A stretch of 64,000 nucleotides of DNA, from NCBI GenBank assembly GCA_002633005.1, contig NMRA01000043.1:1201924-1265923 (forward strand). Direction: 5' to 3'. The notes under the pieces were generated by a model that saw only the letters and a program-made list of their open reading frames with translations, was not told where the DNA came from and made no database searches. This stretch comes from Phoronis australis (lineage: Eukaryota > Animalia > Phoronida). Each line of letters begins with the position of its first letter. Positions within the stretch are counted from its first letter, which is position 1. Position numbers and translations under genes: made by a program. This document shows, one piece after another, positions 37,703 through 51,194 of this stretch.

Positions 37703-40700
37703 GTCCCTGCGGCATTAATTTCCTCATATGGAAAGTCACGCAAGTTGATTAGCCTGATAGGTGTCGTCACTTCCGCATTTAAAAAAGATATAGAATTACA
37801 CACATGTCACCCATTTTGCTCTATAACCAAAGCATTTCTTGTAAAAAACATATCAAACCATAGCACTGACAAAAACGAGTCCAAATATAGGTCAAGAGTG
37901 AAGGTGCATTTTATGCGCATGTACCTACTTTCCTGTGGGAGACTCGAGTACATGTACATCTAGTAACTGTGTGTGTGTGTAACTCCTTCGGTCTTGTCGA
38001 GCAACTCTCGTGACATCAGATTATTTCGACAAAAGAGGCTGACAGTAAAAGCCAAAGCCAAAGCAAAGGTTGAAAAACTTTATTATGAAAATCGACAAAA
38101 ATGCGTATTAATTACCGAAAATACATAGCACTACAAAAACGGCAAAATACGTAGCAAATACGTAATTCCCGGATTGGTTGACATGTCTGGAAATATACGG
38201 TACATAATGAATAGAGATCCATCAAGAAGTGCACAGTCTGTACCAATGCCTCACTTTGCTATAAACTACCCGGGGGGGTTGGTTGTCTCCCAAAAATTTG
38301 CACGCGTCAGGGTTAAACCATGGCAACCGACACAGGCTTGGGGCCGGGACAGGCGAGAAAAAAAGACTACGAATACGGATAAGAGAGAAAATTCAAGAGA
38401 ACATTTGACAACTCAGTATCAGTGCATGGTTTACCGTTTGAGGGTCCTGGCCAGGACATTGTTGTTAGGGTCTCTGTTTTGCTGCATACACGTACATGTG
38501 TAGGTCGTCTAAATGCACTTGAAAACGTGCACTTTATCATTCATACATGTATTTTGAAAAATCGAGAATTCGTTACGCGAAGCTTTTGCGGACCATGTTA
38601 ATTCACTGGATTTTTAAATTCAATAAGACAGTTTTGCAAATGCATAAATGCAAAATTATGTTTTCCACAGAGGCCCTTCTCTAGCAAAAGATAACGAAGA
38701 CAACTTTTACTTTCTCTAAATTGTGTATCACTTGAGAAAATTGATGGTCTGGCAGATATCATCAATTGTTGGATATTTCCTGACTTTTGAAAATATAGAT
38801 ATTTTCATATTTAAGTACCCAGAGCACCATTGATGACATTCAAGGAGCCAACCTTTTCGAAAATTCTTAAGGGGCCGCTGACGAAGAGAGGGCACAATGG
38901 TGGAATCGATTATCTCTATTTTCCTGTTTTTTTGTGAAATCGTACAACCGGCTTTCATGCTGAGGAAAGTCACTTCTTGCAAGGTCATCCGACTGTGGAA
39001 TAAAGTGTCACTCTTTTCCAAGCGTAGTGATGTGTAGCCTTTCATCTTAGGTGTCCCATTTCAGCGGGATCCCCTCTCTGTGGGGCGGTTCGGTATCCCT
39101 CTATGCACGTAAATCCGACACTGCCAAGTATTCACGAGGGGAAGTTGAGATTCCAAATTCATCAAAAACCCAAAACAACCGTGCACTGTACAAAAACATC
39201 AAAACATTCGACCCAAACAACCAAAAATGTGAAAAAATACAATAGGATTGACCACCATTAAAAAGTTGGAATTTTGAAGAACGTGAAGATCACTATTTGT
39301 GAATTACACAAAAAGGCTACTCAAAATACTCGCAATAATAAACAAATATTTCAGCATTTTTTGGAGTTCAAGTTAAACTCGTGAACCGTCATAGGTACCT
39401 AGGAAATGATAAAAATACACCTTAATATGAATGCCCGCTTCTCCAATGTTCCCCCGGTTACCCGTCAAAAAATTGCGATCATGCATGCGGAAATTGCTTA
39501 TAAAATTCCGCTTTGATAAACAAATTCGTTGGTTTCTGATTTACATGTTTGTGTGTCTACGAAAACCGATTGGTTAGTAGATAATTTCTGGCAATTTGAA
39601 GCTAAAATTTTAAGAACTGATCATGTTTCAGTGAATTTATTTGAAGCCTGATTTTGGAAAAAATTCTATAATCAGATCCCCAAATAGTAAAATGCACTTC
39701 ATGCTTCTTGCTTATCTGAAATAACGCTCAAAGACATTGATGAAATTTGGAAAATTCAATAAAAAATTACTCATAATTCAAATGACAACAAATGCATTGC
39801 TTTTTGACTTCGGTACAAGATTTGTCGTTTAAACTCACTAACAGTGGACCAAAAAGGACGTAAGCCATTAAATCAAGGTAAACGTAGTGCTCATGGATTC
39901 GATTGTTGGTTTCTGAATTACATGTTTATGTATATACGAAAATGAGCTGATTGATTGATGATTTTTTTACAATTAGAAGCTAATCTTGTAAGAAATGACT
40001 ATGCTTTCACAAACTTAGTTGCAAGCAGACATTGGGAAATTTCGTTCTATCATCAGATCCCCAAATACAGTGTATAAAAGTACACTAAAAGATTTTATTT
40101 GTCTATCTGAAAGAAGTCTCAAAGACGGATATCGGACAGCTGTACAGAGTGTTCTAAAATTTTCTCACAATTCAAATGAAAACACTGTTTATTGACTTAG
40201 GAAATAGATTAGTGGGCTTAATTTCACAAACCGTAGATCGAAGAAGTTTAAGTACTTAAATAAAAAAAAAATTAAACTTATTGCTCATCAACAGGGATAG
40301 GTTCTCTTTGCACGTCCTTGATGTTGTTAGTTTCCAGTAGTCTTGCGCAATGATTTTTCTTCAAAAGTGAATCATTTGCTTGCCATTCCTGTGCATACTA
40401 CACACACGGAGCACGTCATGACTGATGCACCCACTATATGAAGTGTGTACATTTTTGGGACACACTCTGTATCATTTACCACAGCCACAAGAAAGTGTGC
40501 TACCGGCTGTTTTTCATCAAGGGATTTTGAAACGGCCACAAAGGCACTCATACCGGGGACCTCAGGACCTCACCATTCCAAAAATTCCTTCAAAGAATGG
40601 CCACGATAAAATTAAGTTTTCTCTACACTTGATCATAATAAAACGAATCTTGACCTTAGAGCCAGCGCAGAGGAATAGGTACGAGCTAAGCTGCCTGACT

Positions 40701-43530
40701 CAAGTGAATCATAGACCAGCGACTACCTCTAGTTCATCGAACCCAACTACCCGTCAGTGCTCTGGCCCTAGACCCATTCTTACTCTCCGTGAAACTTTGT
40801 TGGTTCACGGTTACTCAGATCCTGATCATCCTGCATCTCAGGTATTACCCCCCCCCCCCCCCAACCCATCTATGGCGGACTCGGGGGTCATGACAAATAN
40901 CCCCCCCCCCCCCCCCGTCCAACATTATTTTCCTTCCTACGGGCCTGCATAGATTATTACTCAACTTCCTTATTTGCAATGACCAATTAATCGTGAGCCA
41001 CAACAGAATTGCGGAGGACTGAGGCAATTTTGTTCATTTTGACTTGCAAAACCATGTCTTTGCAGTTTCATCAACCTGTTCCACAGCTAGGGTGTACAAA
41101 ACCTGAACATACAAACAACATACTGGATCGAAGATTTTAGTCACAAGCCTTGCACTGATTCCAAAGTCAATTTTCCACCTTTCACGACAACCGGAAGTGC
41201 AGCCGGCTACTTAAAAAAAAAAACAAAAAACAAACAAACAACCTTACACCAAATCAGCAGTTTTCACCCTCAAAGTTTCCGCATGAGAAACAGCCGGTGC
41301 ATCCCGACTGCCGAAATTCTCCTGATTACAGAAATCAGGTGAAATTTAAGCGGTTAAACTGAAGGTTATGGCCGTTGATTTTACTGCTAAAAATTTCAAC
41401 ATACGTTTGCAAGCTGTGAAATGTTTAAGAAAAGCCACGGGTAAGCAGAAAGTGGGTCAGTTATTGGTCAACAACTGGCAATCGACACAAAAATCAAGCA
41501 CATTCCATTCGAAAAATACTAATTAATATGCCCAACTAACCAGCAGGCGCTAATTTTTAATGAAATTATAGGAAGTGAATTCAACCTTGGCTCAAAGAAA
41601 CTATCGAGTGTCACCCTAGGTATACAGTATACAACACCTCGGGTCCAACTGACGTCACAATTAATTAATTAAAAGCCCGCAGATAGCTTATTAATTGCTC
41701 TGACGTCACAGCCTCCCGAATACACATCCTTCAGTTACCGTGAACGACTCACTGGCGTCAAAAATCCCCGATTATGAATATGAAGCGCCAAAAGGTTCTT
41801 AACGAGTACCTCTGCCCATTGAAATGGGCTTCTCCAATCACACTTTTGCTTAATCAACGCCCTGAATCATGATTATACACGTTGAATTAGTTATTCAACG
41901 GGCTGAATTAAAACGATTATCTTTCTGCTCGCAATCAACGCGGTCGAACTTTTGCCGATCAATTCCGTGCTTAGTAAATAAATGTTTTAATTAATTATTT
42001 ATTCGTCACTATATGTCCAACTTAACAATTAAGTTTACAGTCAGTACTAGGTTAACGTCGCCATCATTTACGTGCACGTGCCACATGAACAATCTTCAAC
42101 ACTGGTCTTGCAGTCTTCCGTCCGCCATTTTGAAATTTGTGAGCACGGACATGATTGCACTATACATGAATTACCGATCAAGTACACTGTTGAATAAGCA
42201 ATGATTGGTATACATTTAAGAACCATATCTAATTTCAGCGCCTAACTGATACTACGTGTTGATTAAGCAAAACTGCACGCTTAATACATAACGTTCCTAC
42301 ACGCAGGTGCCTTTTCGGACGCTTCAATCCCGATTACTCTGTGCGCTGCCTTGCTCAGAGATGACCACAGACGCTCACCATTTGATACGCCGCCTTGCAC
42401 GGTTAGCGTCACAAACCGACCCTTTTCGTAATACACCACCTACGACTGACGTCGCAGTTAATTACTCCTGGCCGCGCCCCTTGTTATGATGTCACAAAAC
42501 ATCGCCTAGCTACAACTGACGTCCCATACCAAAATTAAGTATCTACACCTGGTCCCAAGACAGAATCACTCTACAGGTAACTTAGCAACCGGTTGAGTTT
42601 TACGAAATAAAAACTTATAAATCATGGTGTATCTTGGAAGTATACGTTATTTCGCTGTTAATTTCTGTTCCCTTGACAAGCACTATATCGGTATGGAACC
42701 ACAGGCTATGCAAACGGCCCGACAATTCCGTAGGCCTATATGCACTTTGGTTCTGCATTTGTGATTGAGGAAGTATAGTAAATCCCTACTCCGTATTGAA
42801 CACAATCTGCCGGGTAATTCGTGTTTGAGCAAGGAATTATTTTTTCAAGTTGGGTGAGGGGAAAAATTTTCTCACTGCCTTGGCAACACAACACCGCCGC
42901 GACAAGGCTCCGCCACCAGTCATCGGTTCTGCCTCAAACAACCGGCCGAAAGCTGGGTTTTTATGCATGTTTCATTCGATCGTTGCCTTATACACATACA
43001 TGTAGCCTGGGGGTCATGCCAATCAAACAGAAAACAAAACAATACAACTAAAAATACTGTCAGACTATATTCTGACAGACCGGCGTTACTTAAGTAAATG
43101 CATCCGCGCCTCAAGTGTTGTCACGATCATGATCATTCGTGGAGCAATTGGGGATCTATATGAAAGTGCTTGAAATTGCCAATTTCTGATATAAAAACAC
43201 CGCCCCACCGATCCGCAAACTGAACCGGCACCAAGTGCCGGCCGGGTCTGGTGGAAATCTTCATTAACCTGATTTCGAGTTACGATTATTTATTGGTCGA
43301 TGCAGGCTACCTACAGTCGGGTCATAGTGGACGGGGTAACCGGCAATCACAGCTTCATGCCTCCATTGTGTTTAGTGGGACTGAGTCGTCCCGTTCAGTG
43401 CTGCTTGCTTCCCTGTGCGCGGCAAAATGGCACTCAAGTCGCTGCTTTAAGTTTGCAACGGAGTGTGACACTGAAACCCGGCCGGCAGTATATGAACAAA
43501 CTGTGGCCCTTTTCACTTTCCTGGGGCAAT

Positions 43531-43723
43531 CAGTGGCGTACTGATTAGAGGGGGACCAAGGGGCCACGCCCCCCTCCCCTAACATTTTCCCAGATTCCAA
43601 TTGGCAATTCGCCGGGGGTGCAAACTGTCTCGATGACGGGCAATCCTGGCTAGGCTATACCGCCCGGCGCCCTAGTGGGCCCGGCGCCCACCCGCTAATC
43701 CTAGATCCGCCCGCCGGCCCCTG
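43531..43723. mobile_element. MITE (CAGTGGCG...GCCCCTG) with imperfect 8-bp TSD, hAT-like
   Basis: ggggcaat (43523-43530) and cgggcaat (43724-43731); the interior is similar to 28165-28319. Confidence 0.5.
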
Positions 43724-44196
43724 CGGGCAATGAAGACGAAGCGTTGGCCGTGTTGGTGCGCGCCCACTACGATGATTGGCGTTGGGACCATGCCACACTA
43801 ACTTAAATGTCCTTGGCTAAGAAATTTTCTCGGCCTACTCATATCGTTCCCGGGGGGATCAAGATTGAATTCACCATTATCATATGCAATGTTATATGAA
43901 GCAGGTCTGGATTACTTTTTCAAACAAAAATTTCAGTGGAACAATACTGCAGGACCAAATTTCAAAAAAAAAAAAACGGCCGCTCAAAGACTGCATAGTA
44001 CCAGCGGCGGGCACTAGACGGCTTTTGACAGAGTTTGCGAGCGCCACCATTTGGTAACTTGGGACAATTTACAAAGACTTAGACCTCTCTACGGTCTCTG
44101 CAGTTTTGCGCAGAAGCGGAAATGGATAAAGCAAGCGGCAGTGATATTTAATATTTGTTGACGTCTGAAAAATTGTTTCAGAAGCTAAATTTAACA

Positions 44197-47100
44197 ATGA
44201 AAGTAACGGTAACCACTCTTGCCGATGACATGTTTACACTGGTGGTGTCAGAGGATATGGAATTGGAGAATTTCAAAGCTTTCTGCGGATCTGAATTGGG
44301 TATCCCGTCCGAGGAATTGGGCATTGTTTGGAATGGCCGTCCTTTGCAAGATGACAAAAAGAAACTAAAAGACTATGGAATTAAAGATAATGAAGTGTTA
44401 TTAGTGCAGCAGTTACAGGGAGCTCTTGGAGTTGGTCCTGGATCGAGAGCGACAGGCAACAGTCAGCAAGGTGCTACTGGAACTAATGGTAAATATTAAT
44501 CTGCAATGTAAAACTTACACATAACGTCATCTGGCTGTCCGTACAAATCATTTTCACGACCCTCAATTACTCTAGTCTTTAACTACGCTATTCCGAACTC
44601 GGTCCACTTTAGCCACGCGCATTGTGAAATCGGCAACCATTTCAGGGAACTTACTATATCTAGCGCCATCTATCAGCTATTTACTACAACACGCGCTGTT
44701 CCTTTTTCATCAGTCATTGTCATTGGTCAGTTTCGTAATTTTATTAACATCATTGTTATTAATCATCGTACGTCTGCTCTCGTCATCACCTTCATCGTCC
44801 CTCTCACGATCGTATCTGTCATCGTCATGTTATCGTTGTCCATGTTGACTAATGAAAAAAGAACAGCACGTGTTGTAGTAAATCGCCGATAGATGGCGCT
44901 AGATATAGCAAGTTCCCTGAAATGGCTGGCGATTTCACGATGCGCGTGACTAAAGTGGGCCAAGTTTGGAATGGTGTAGTTATAGACTAGAGTAATTGAG
45001 GGTCGTGAAAATGATTTGTATGGATAGCCAGATGTCTGAGGAGTGCAACGATACCAAAATCGTTTATTTAGACCTACATTTAGGGGATTTATTTGGAATA
45101 AGTTAGGGTCCATTATATCCGACTAGTGCCCGTAAGTGTACCTGATTATGGAACGGACCCTAAATATCAGACATTTCATAAAATCTTACTTGAAGCATAA
45201 TCTGAGAATTAAATGACACCAAGTTTTGTTCTGCTGAGAGTTGGCCTAAAATGGACGGTCCCATAAATCGGTTAAAGTTGAAAACAAAATCTTTTTCCAC
45301 AATGAAATCGTCTCATTAAACTGACAATATCACTGTTTCATTTTTTCATTTGTTTTTAAACTCAAGTCAAATCCCGGCCGCGCACGTGCGGGTGTCATAT
45401 CAAGAAGGCAAAGAGATACTAAAACTGCAGTGAGTTTGCACGTACTTTAGTCGTCTTCAGTGATTCATCGAAACGACTTGGCGTTCATCAGATTTCATTT
45501 TATGGATAATTTTGTTGCGAATAGAGCTGTGTTCTAGCAGCATATGTCAAAACACTGGAGCTGAAATTTGGCTACAAGGTGCCTGCGGCCATTACGTGGT
45601 TAGTCAGTTTTCCGTGGTGTGGCATATGGGGAAACATGGTGTCCAATATTTAGGTTCTCTGAAGGTTTGCTAGTTGTGTTTTTTAAAGGTCAGTCGGAAC
45701 ATAAATGTAGCTTTCGGTGACAAGATATAGTTACCAGAACAATTCCGTAAAGGTAAGACTTTATTTCAGCAAAGAATTCACAAAAATCCGTAGTATTTTC
45801 AATTAAATATAATGCAAAATGTGCCGAAACGTCCGATAATTAGGTCTTGACTGTAAACAAAAGCGACCTGTGCCGTGGCCGTGGGCAGTGGTTGGCGGTA
45901 GCCAGTGCCACTGTCTCAACTGACTGTCTGGATGGTGAAGCTCCTATGGACGATTCATACACCGTAACCTTTTTGGCAAATTATACCTCACACTGATTAA
46001 AACGTTAAAGCCACATTGTACCCTTTGCGCATAGAGGGACACTGGCACGTGCAGTGTTAGAAATAGTTGGTTGCTGATTTGGGCAACTGAACAGAGCCAG
46101 AGGACTGCTAAAAAGTTTGATGTGCGCAAATTGGAACTTATAATCAACATGACTTTGATGTTTTAATCAGTGATGCTAAATTTGCTGAAAATCTTTTGGT
46201 GTATGGAGCACCTATAGGAGCTTCACCGTACTGATGGTCAGCACTGTCTATTGTTGGCCGCTGTGTTCATATTGGTAATAATTGCTCTTGGACTTGTTCT
46301 GCATGGTTCAGATTTTATTTCCAGTTCAAGGAACTCGTTTGACTCCGCAATTACTACAGTTGGCGTAGTCAGTGTACGGATTTCATCCTTTGTGGAGGGG
46401 ATAGTGTTATAAAAGTCGTCTAAGTTGGCTGTAGTGTGTTCAGGTAAAAATTGAGTAGATGGGTCCCCAAAGGACAGAAAACTGGTCCGTGGTTACCATT
46501 TTGAAGAGGAACTTGTCTATTTGACTTTTACCCAGTGTTCATAGGATCCTGTCTATTCAACTTATACCTGGTGTTTATAAGGTTATAATTTTTAATGTAC
46601 TAGTATGGCATGATAGGTTGACCTTTTAGGCAATTGGAAATGTTGCTGATGTATAACTTGTTTTAATAGTGGTTCTGTTGATCATTTCTCCAGATTTCTC
46701 CATGATAGACTTCAGTCAGATCCATGTTCCTGGTGCCTCCACCTCACAACAGATGGCACCACCTGAGGCCTCTCCTGGAGAAAGGATGCCCGATGATCCT
46801 GCAGTAATTCGTGAGATGTTGCTAAAACACCCTGAACAGGTGTCTCTATTAACAGAGAGGAACCCACCATTGGCTAATGCCTTGTTGAGTGGAAGTCTTG
46901 GTGAGCTGGGACTTTGGTGTTCTTTTGGTGAAAATCTACATTATGTTCTGGCGAGTGATGTGAGATGGAATTGACATTTGTTTTTTGGCCAAAATATGAG
47001 TACAAATTTTAAAATCAGCGCATATGTAAACAATGGCATATTGATCAACGTTTTGGTTTATTGTGTCTAATTAAAGTTAATAAAAAGTATGTTATAACAG

Positions 47101-50100
47101 GGCTTAGCGCTTAATTGAGTCTAATTAAAGTGAATAAAAAGTATGTTATAACAGGGCTTAGCGCTTAATTGTGTCTAATTAAAGTGAATAAAAAGTATGT
47201 TATAACAGGGCTTAGCGCTTAATTGTGTCTAATTAAAGTGAATAAAAAGTATGTTATAACAGGGCTTAGCGCTTAATTGTGTCTAATTAAAGTGAATAAA
47301 AAGTATGTTATAACAAGGCTTAGCGCTTAACGTAACATCATCTAGCCAAATACAGACTGGCAAAATTCTCAGGTCACCAAATGAGAACTGAGGTCGCCAA
47401 ACTTTGTTGGTAAAAGCAAAATATGAAATAAATGAGATAACCTGAAATACCTCCAATTTACTGAAGAAGAATTTGAGTTCAATTTCATACCGCTAATTTG
47501 TCTAAATCTAGATTCTGTGATAGAAGGCTGGGTTATAGCCACCTAAGTTAACCTTTTAACATTTTTTAATTATTGTAACAGGTGAAGTTCAGTCATTTGT
47601 CAGGAGTTTATCACCAACAAAGGCACACGGTTACATACTTGTCCACTGTGTTGCTAGGTTACGGGTGTCGTACCATAATTCAATTTCATTCTGTGTCAGT
47701 AAGCAGCAGCTGCCCTCCTACAATTAATGGGCCTAGGCAACTATTTTATGCAACAATCAGGTATGCTGTAGTAGTTAGCAATGCCGTCATGCACAACTCT
47801 TTCATGTAGGCTGCAGTTTTGAAATGATTTCCATTAGCTGGAAAATCAATTTCCAAGATGAAACATACTCAGTCTACTGAGATCATTACTTCTTATTCTG
47901 AAAGCCACACCCTTGAAATCAAAGCATGCAGATTTGCTGACGCTTTTCAGAAAAATTTACTGAGGTCTTGGAGCAACAGAAAGCAGAGAGAGTTGAGAGG
48001 GAGCGCGAGCGAATAGCAATGTTGAATGCTGACCCGTGTGATGCTGAAGTGCAGAAAAAGATTGCTGAACAGATCAGGTATTAACGGTTATTGAGACATC
48101 TGTTTGTTTCTGTTGGCATACTATACAAACTGCGCTCACAGGAATCTTGAATCAATTCTGAGTTTGCCTAGTTGATAAAGTCACAAATTAAATCTAAAAT
48201 GTATGCTTTCATTCATCACGTGTTGCCGCCTCACTTTCAAACATTGTTCTGATCAAAGTTATTTGTAATGGGCTCAAGATTCTTCAGGAATTGGTACCCA
48301 AAGTTTATCACTCGACTAGTAGTCAGAAATTGTGCGTCAACAAGCATGCAGAAACAGTGATTCAAAACTGCTATCCAACTTGATCTTAATGTACTTGTAG
48401 ACTGCAGAATGTTGAACAGAACATGGCCACAGCGATGGAGTATGTACCAGAAAGTTTCGGTCAAGTAGTCATGCTCTACATCGACTGTCTAGTCAATGGT
48501 CATCATGTAAAGGCATTTGTCGACTCCGGTTTGTAGCTGTCCTAGAGTAGCCCCTCCTGGTGTGCGTTAAACAAACTAAAGTAGATTAGTATTTTCTCAT
48601 CTTACGTTTTCTTGGAAAAAGAACCATGTGCTGTAATTATGCAAGGCTCACCTGCATTTTTTGCTGGATACTTGACCAGTTATTTGTGCTGCTTCTGTTA
48701 TTTTTGAATGTTCACTATGCTCATTATTGGAAGGCAGTATGTGTGTATTGTCCCACCTACTTCTGTTACTCACTGCTCTCTTACGTGTATCTTAGAAGTT
48801 AACATGTGTCTTTGTGACTTTACATCTTGGTAGTTAGTGTGTCTTTGTGGCTGTTCATATGGGAGTCTTGCTTTTATTGAACCGTTCCCTCTCATTTCCT
48901 GCATTTGAAAAAGTGAGCCAGTCAAAATTTTATAGTTTTTTCTTTTTGTAGTCAAGACAAGTGACTATGTTCATTCTGTATCTGGTTCATAAAGGGATAT
49001 TAATTGTAAATGTAATCAGAAATAGGAACAGGGACAACAAACTGGATAATATTGTAGGAACAGTGATTGCTATAGTTAGTTTTAACTCTTCTGTAGGTGC
49101 CCAGATGACCATCATGAGCCAGGCCTGTGCTGAGAGGTGTAACATTATGAGACTCGTAGACACAAGGTGGGCTGGAGTAGCTAAAGGTGTGGGCACTCAA
49201 AAGATTATTGGAAGAGTCCATTTAGGTGAGTCAGCTGGAGAGTGTGTAGTCTAGAGGTCAGGTTGGGCTAAGTTTTGTGCATCAGTAACACCTAGTGGTC
49301 ATGATGGGACTAACTATGACTTAGCAGCGACACCTGGAGGTCATGTTGAGGCTAATTGTGATGTACCAGTGAAACCTAGAGGTCATGTTGGGGCTAATTG
49401 TGATGCAGCATCGACACCTAGAGGTCATGTTGGGGGCTAATTGTGATGTAGCAGCGACACCTAGAGGTCATGTTGAGGGCTAATTGTGATGTAGCAGCGA
49501 CATCTAGAGGTCATGTTGAGGGCTAATTGTGATGCAGCATCGACACCTACAGGTCATGTTGGGGGCTGATTGTGATGTAGCAGCGACACCTCCTCACCAG
49601 TTTTTACTGCCTGAAAGAGATGTCATAGCTTGTCATGTGTCAATTTGATGAAATCAATAGTTTTCTGCTATGGATACTTCTCTCCATATCCTGAATGTTT
49701 GAGAGAGATTCATGGCATATTTTTGGAGATGTTCTTTAATTATTTCTTGAAAACAAGATTGCATGTCCAGTCAAGTATCAACTGCTCAAAGATCTTGAAA
49801 TCTTTAGGGAAAACAACATAATAAACTGCACTTTCCAACTATGACTGAGTATTTGATTTTGCATTCCCTTTCACTTTATATGTTGAGTATGTAAACTGGC
49901 TATATACACCTCTTAGTAAGTGATTGTGGTATTTCCAGGTCAGATACAAATTGGTAATGATTACCTGCAGTCTTCATTCTCCATACTTGAAGAACAACCC
50001 ATGGACATGTTGCTAGGCTTGGACATGCTAAAAAGACACCAGGTATGTTGGTAAAAGGGTAATTTTTTAAGGTGACATTGTACAAACTTTCAAAAAATGT

Positions 50101-51194
50101 TATAGAACTTCAGACTAAGAGAAAACAAGTATGAGATGGTATATTGATTCGCTGAGAAGTAAGCTAATAATCACTTATGTGATTTTGAACCTCAATATTT
50201 GATCTGATGGTTTATTTGTAAGTTAATAATAGAAGTCGAATGAAAAATTCCATGGTCATATTTGACCTGTTGACCTGTAGCAAGGATGTCAACGAAATGA
50301 ACATGTNCTAAAGAATAATGTGTTGGTGATCGGTACAACGGGCACAGCGACACCTTTCTTGGCTGAATCAGAGCTGCCCGAGTATGCCCGGCTGAACCGT
50401 CAACTGTCCTCTGGCTCAGATCAGGACCTGGGTGACAGACAGTTGGCTGAAGCACTGGCACGGTCATCAGAAGAGGCTGGTGGTATGTGTCAATCAATTC
50501 TTATCAACCGTGTGGTCGTCTGCCTTCCCAACGTTAGGTTTGGCCATTTATGCAATGCGTGTTTAAGGTATTAAGAGTCGCACACGTATAAAGTAATATT
50601 TTACTGTATACCTGACAGCATCCTTGGGTGTACAGTATGAAGACACCCAACAGAATAAGGAGCATTAAACGAACAATTTCAAATTTCACATCGAAGTACA
50701 CCTGTCCAGCCAATGCCAGGTGAAGGTGTCTAGTGGCTCTGGTAATTTGACCCACATCCGGTTACCATTGCTAGACGTTTTCCTCAAAATGACATCCAGT
50801 AATCTAGCAATCATAGTGTATGCAAGAAGTTTAAAATTACTAGCATTTCTCTCAAATTCACTTTTATTTTGTAGCGTAGCATTTTAATTGTATCTTTTGT
50901 GTTCTTAGAAAACTGCTGGGGTAATGGTTAGATTGATGACCTTCGTGTATTAATAAGAACTTAATATTTAATTTTGCGTAACTTCCAAGTTTATTTGATA
51001 TCGTTTACATTCAGCTTGGCGTTCTTCTTTCAGGATCCATATCGTCCAATTTTCCAGAGGAGAGTATAAAAATGATCACTAACGCAGGCTTCTCTCGACA
51101 ACAAGCTATTGAAGAACTGCGTAAATTTAACGGCAATGCTCAGAAGGCACTCCTTGCCTTGCTCGCCAAGGCAATTCAAGTTCCCAGCAAATAA
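44197..51194 (+). CDS. DDI2: DNA damage-inducible protein DDI1/DDI2 homolog (UBL, helical domain, retroviral-like aspartyl protease, UIM-like helix, UBA)
   Basis: Exons 44197-44488, 46694-46900, 47951-48077, 48401-48528, 49097-49225, 49939-50042, (<50308)-50482 and 51034-51194, with consistent phases. [28 protein letters not shown]; [27 protein letters not shown] (catalytic DSGAQ); [19 protein letters not shown]; [13 protein letters not shown]; C-terminal UBA. The start of exon 7 is lost at n50307. Confidence 0.96.
44528..45034. mobile_element. MITE / foldback with about 190-bp inverted arms in DDI intron 1
   Basis: 44528-44716 is the reverse complement of 44846-45034, around a (TCA/TCG)-rich spacer. 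Confidence 0.85.
47061..47330. repeat. Minisatellite, 5 x 54 bp, in DDI intron 2
   Basis: Unit ttgtgtctaattaaagtgaataaaaagtatgttataacagggcttagcgcttaa; copies nearly identical. Confidence 0.95.
49251..49592. repeat. Minisatellite, about 8 x 42-43 bp, in DDI intron 5
   Basis: Unit acacctagaggtcatgttgagggctaattgtgatgtagcagcg, more degenerate toward the 5' end. Confidence 0.9.

Noticed and set aside
39528-40270. Diverged ~377-bp tandem duplication
   Set aside because: Visible but AT-rich and non-coding, likely internal to an old transposon; no further signal.
40425-40952. 175-aa Pro-rich ORF
   Set aside because: Poly-C tracts with an N join, no domain similarity and no splice support.
47061-47330. 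Regular repeats as a possible CRISPR array (also 49251-49592 and 30185-30340)
   Set aside because: Head-to-tail units with no unique spacers, no cas genes, eukaryotic context: minisatellites.
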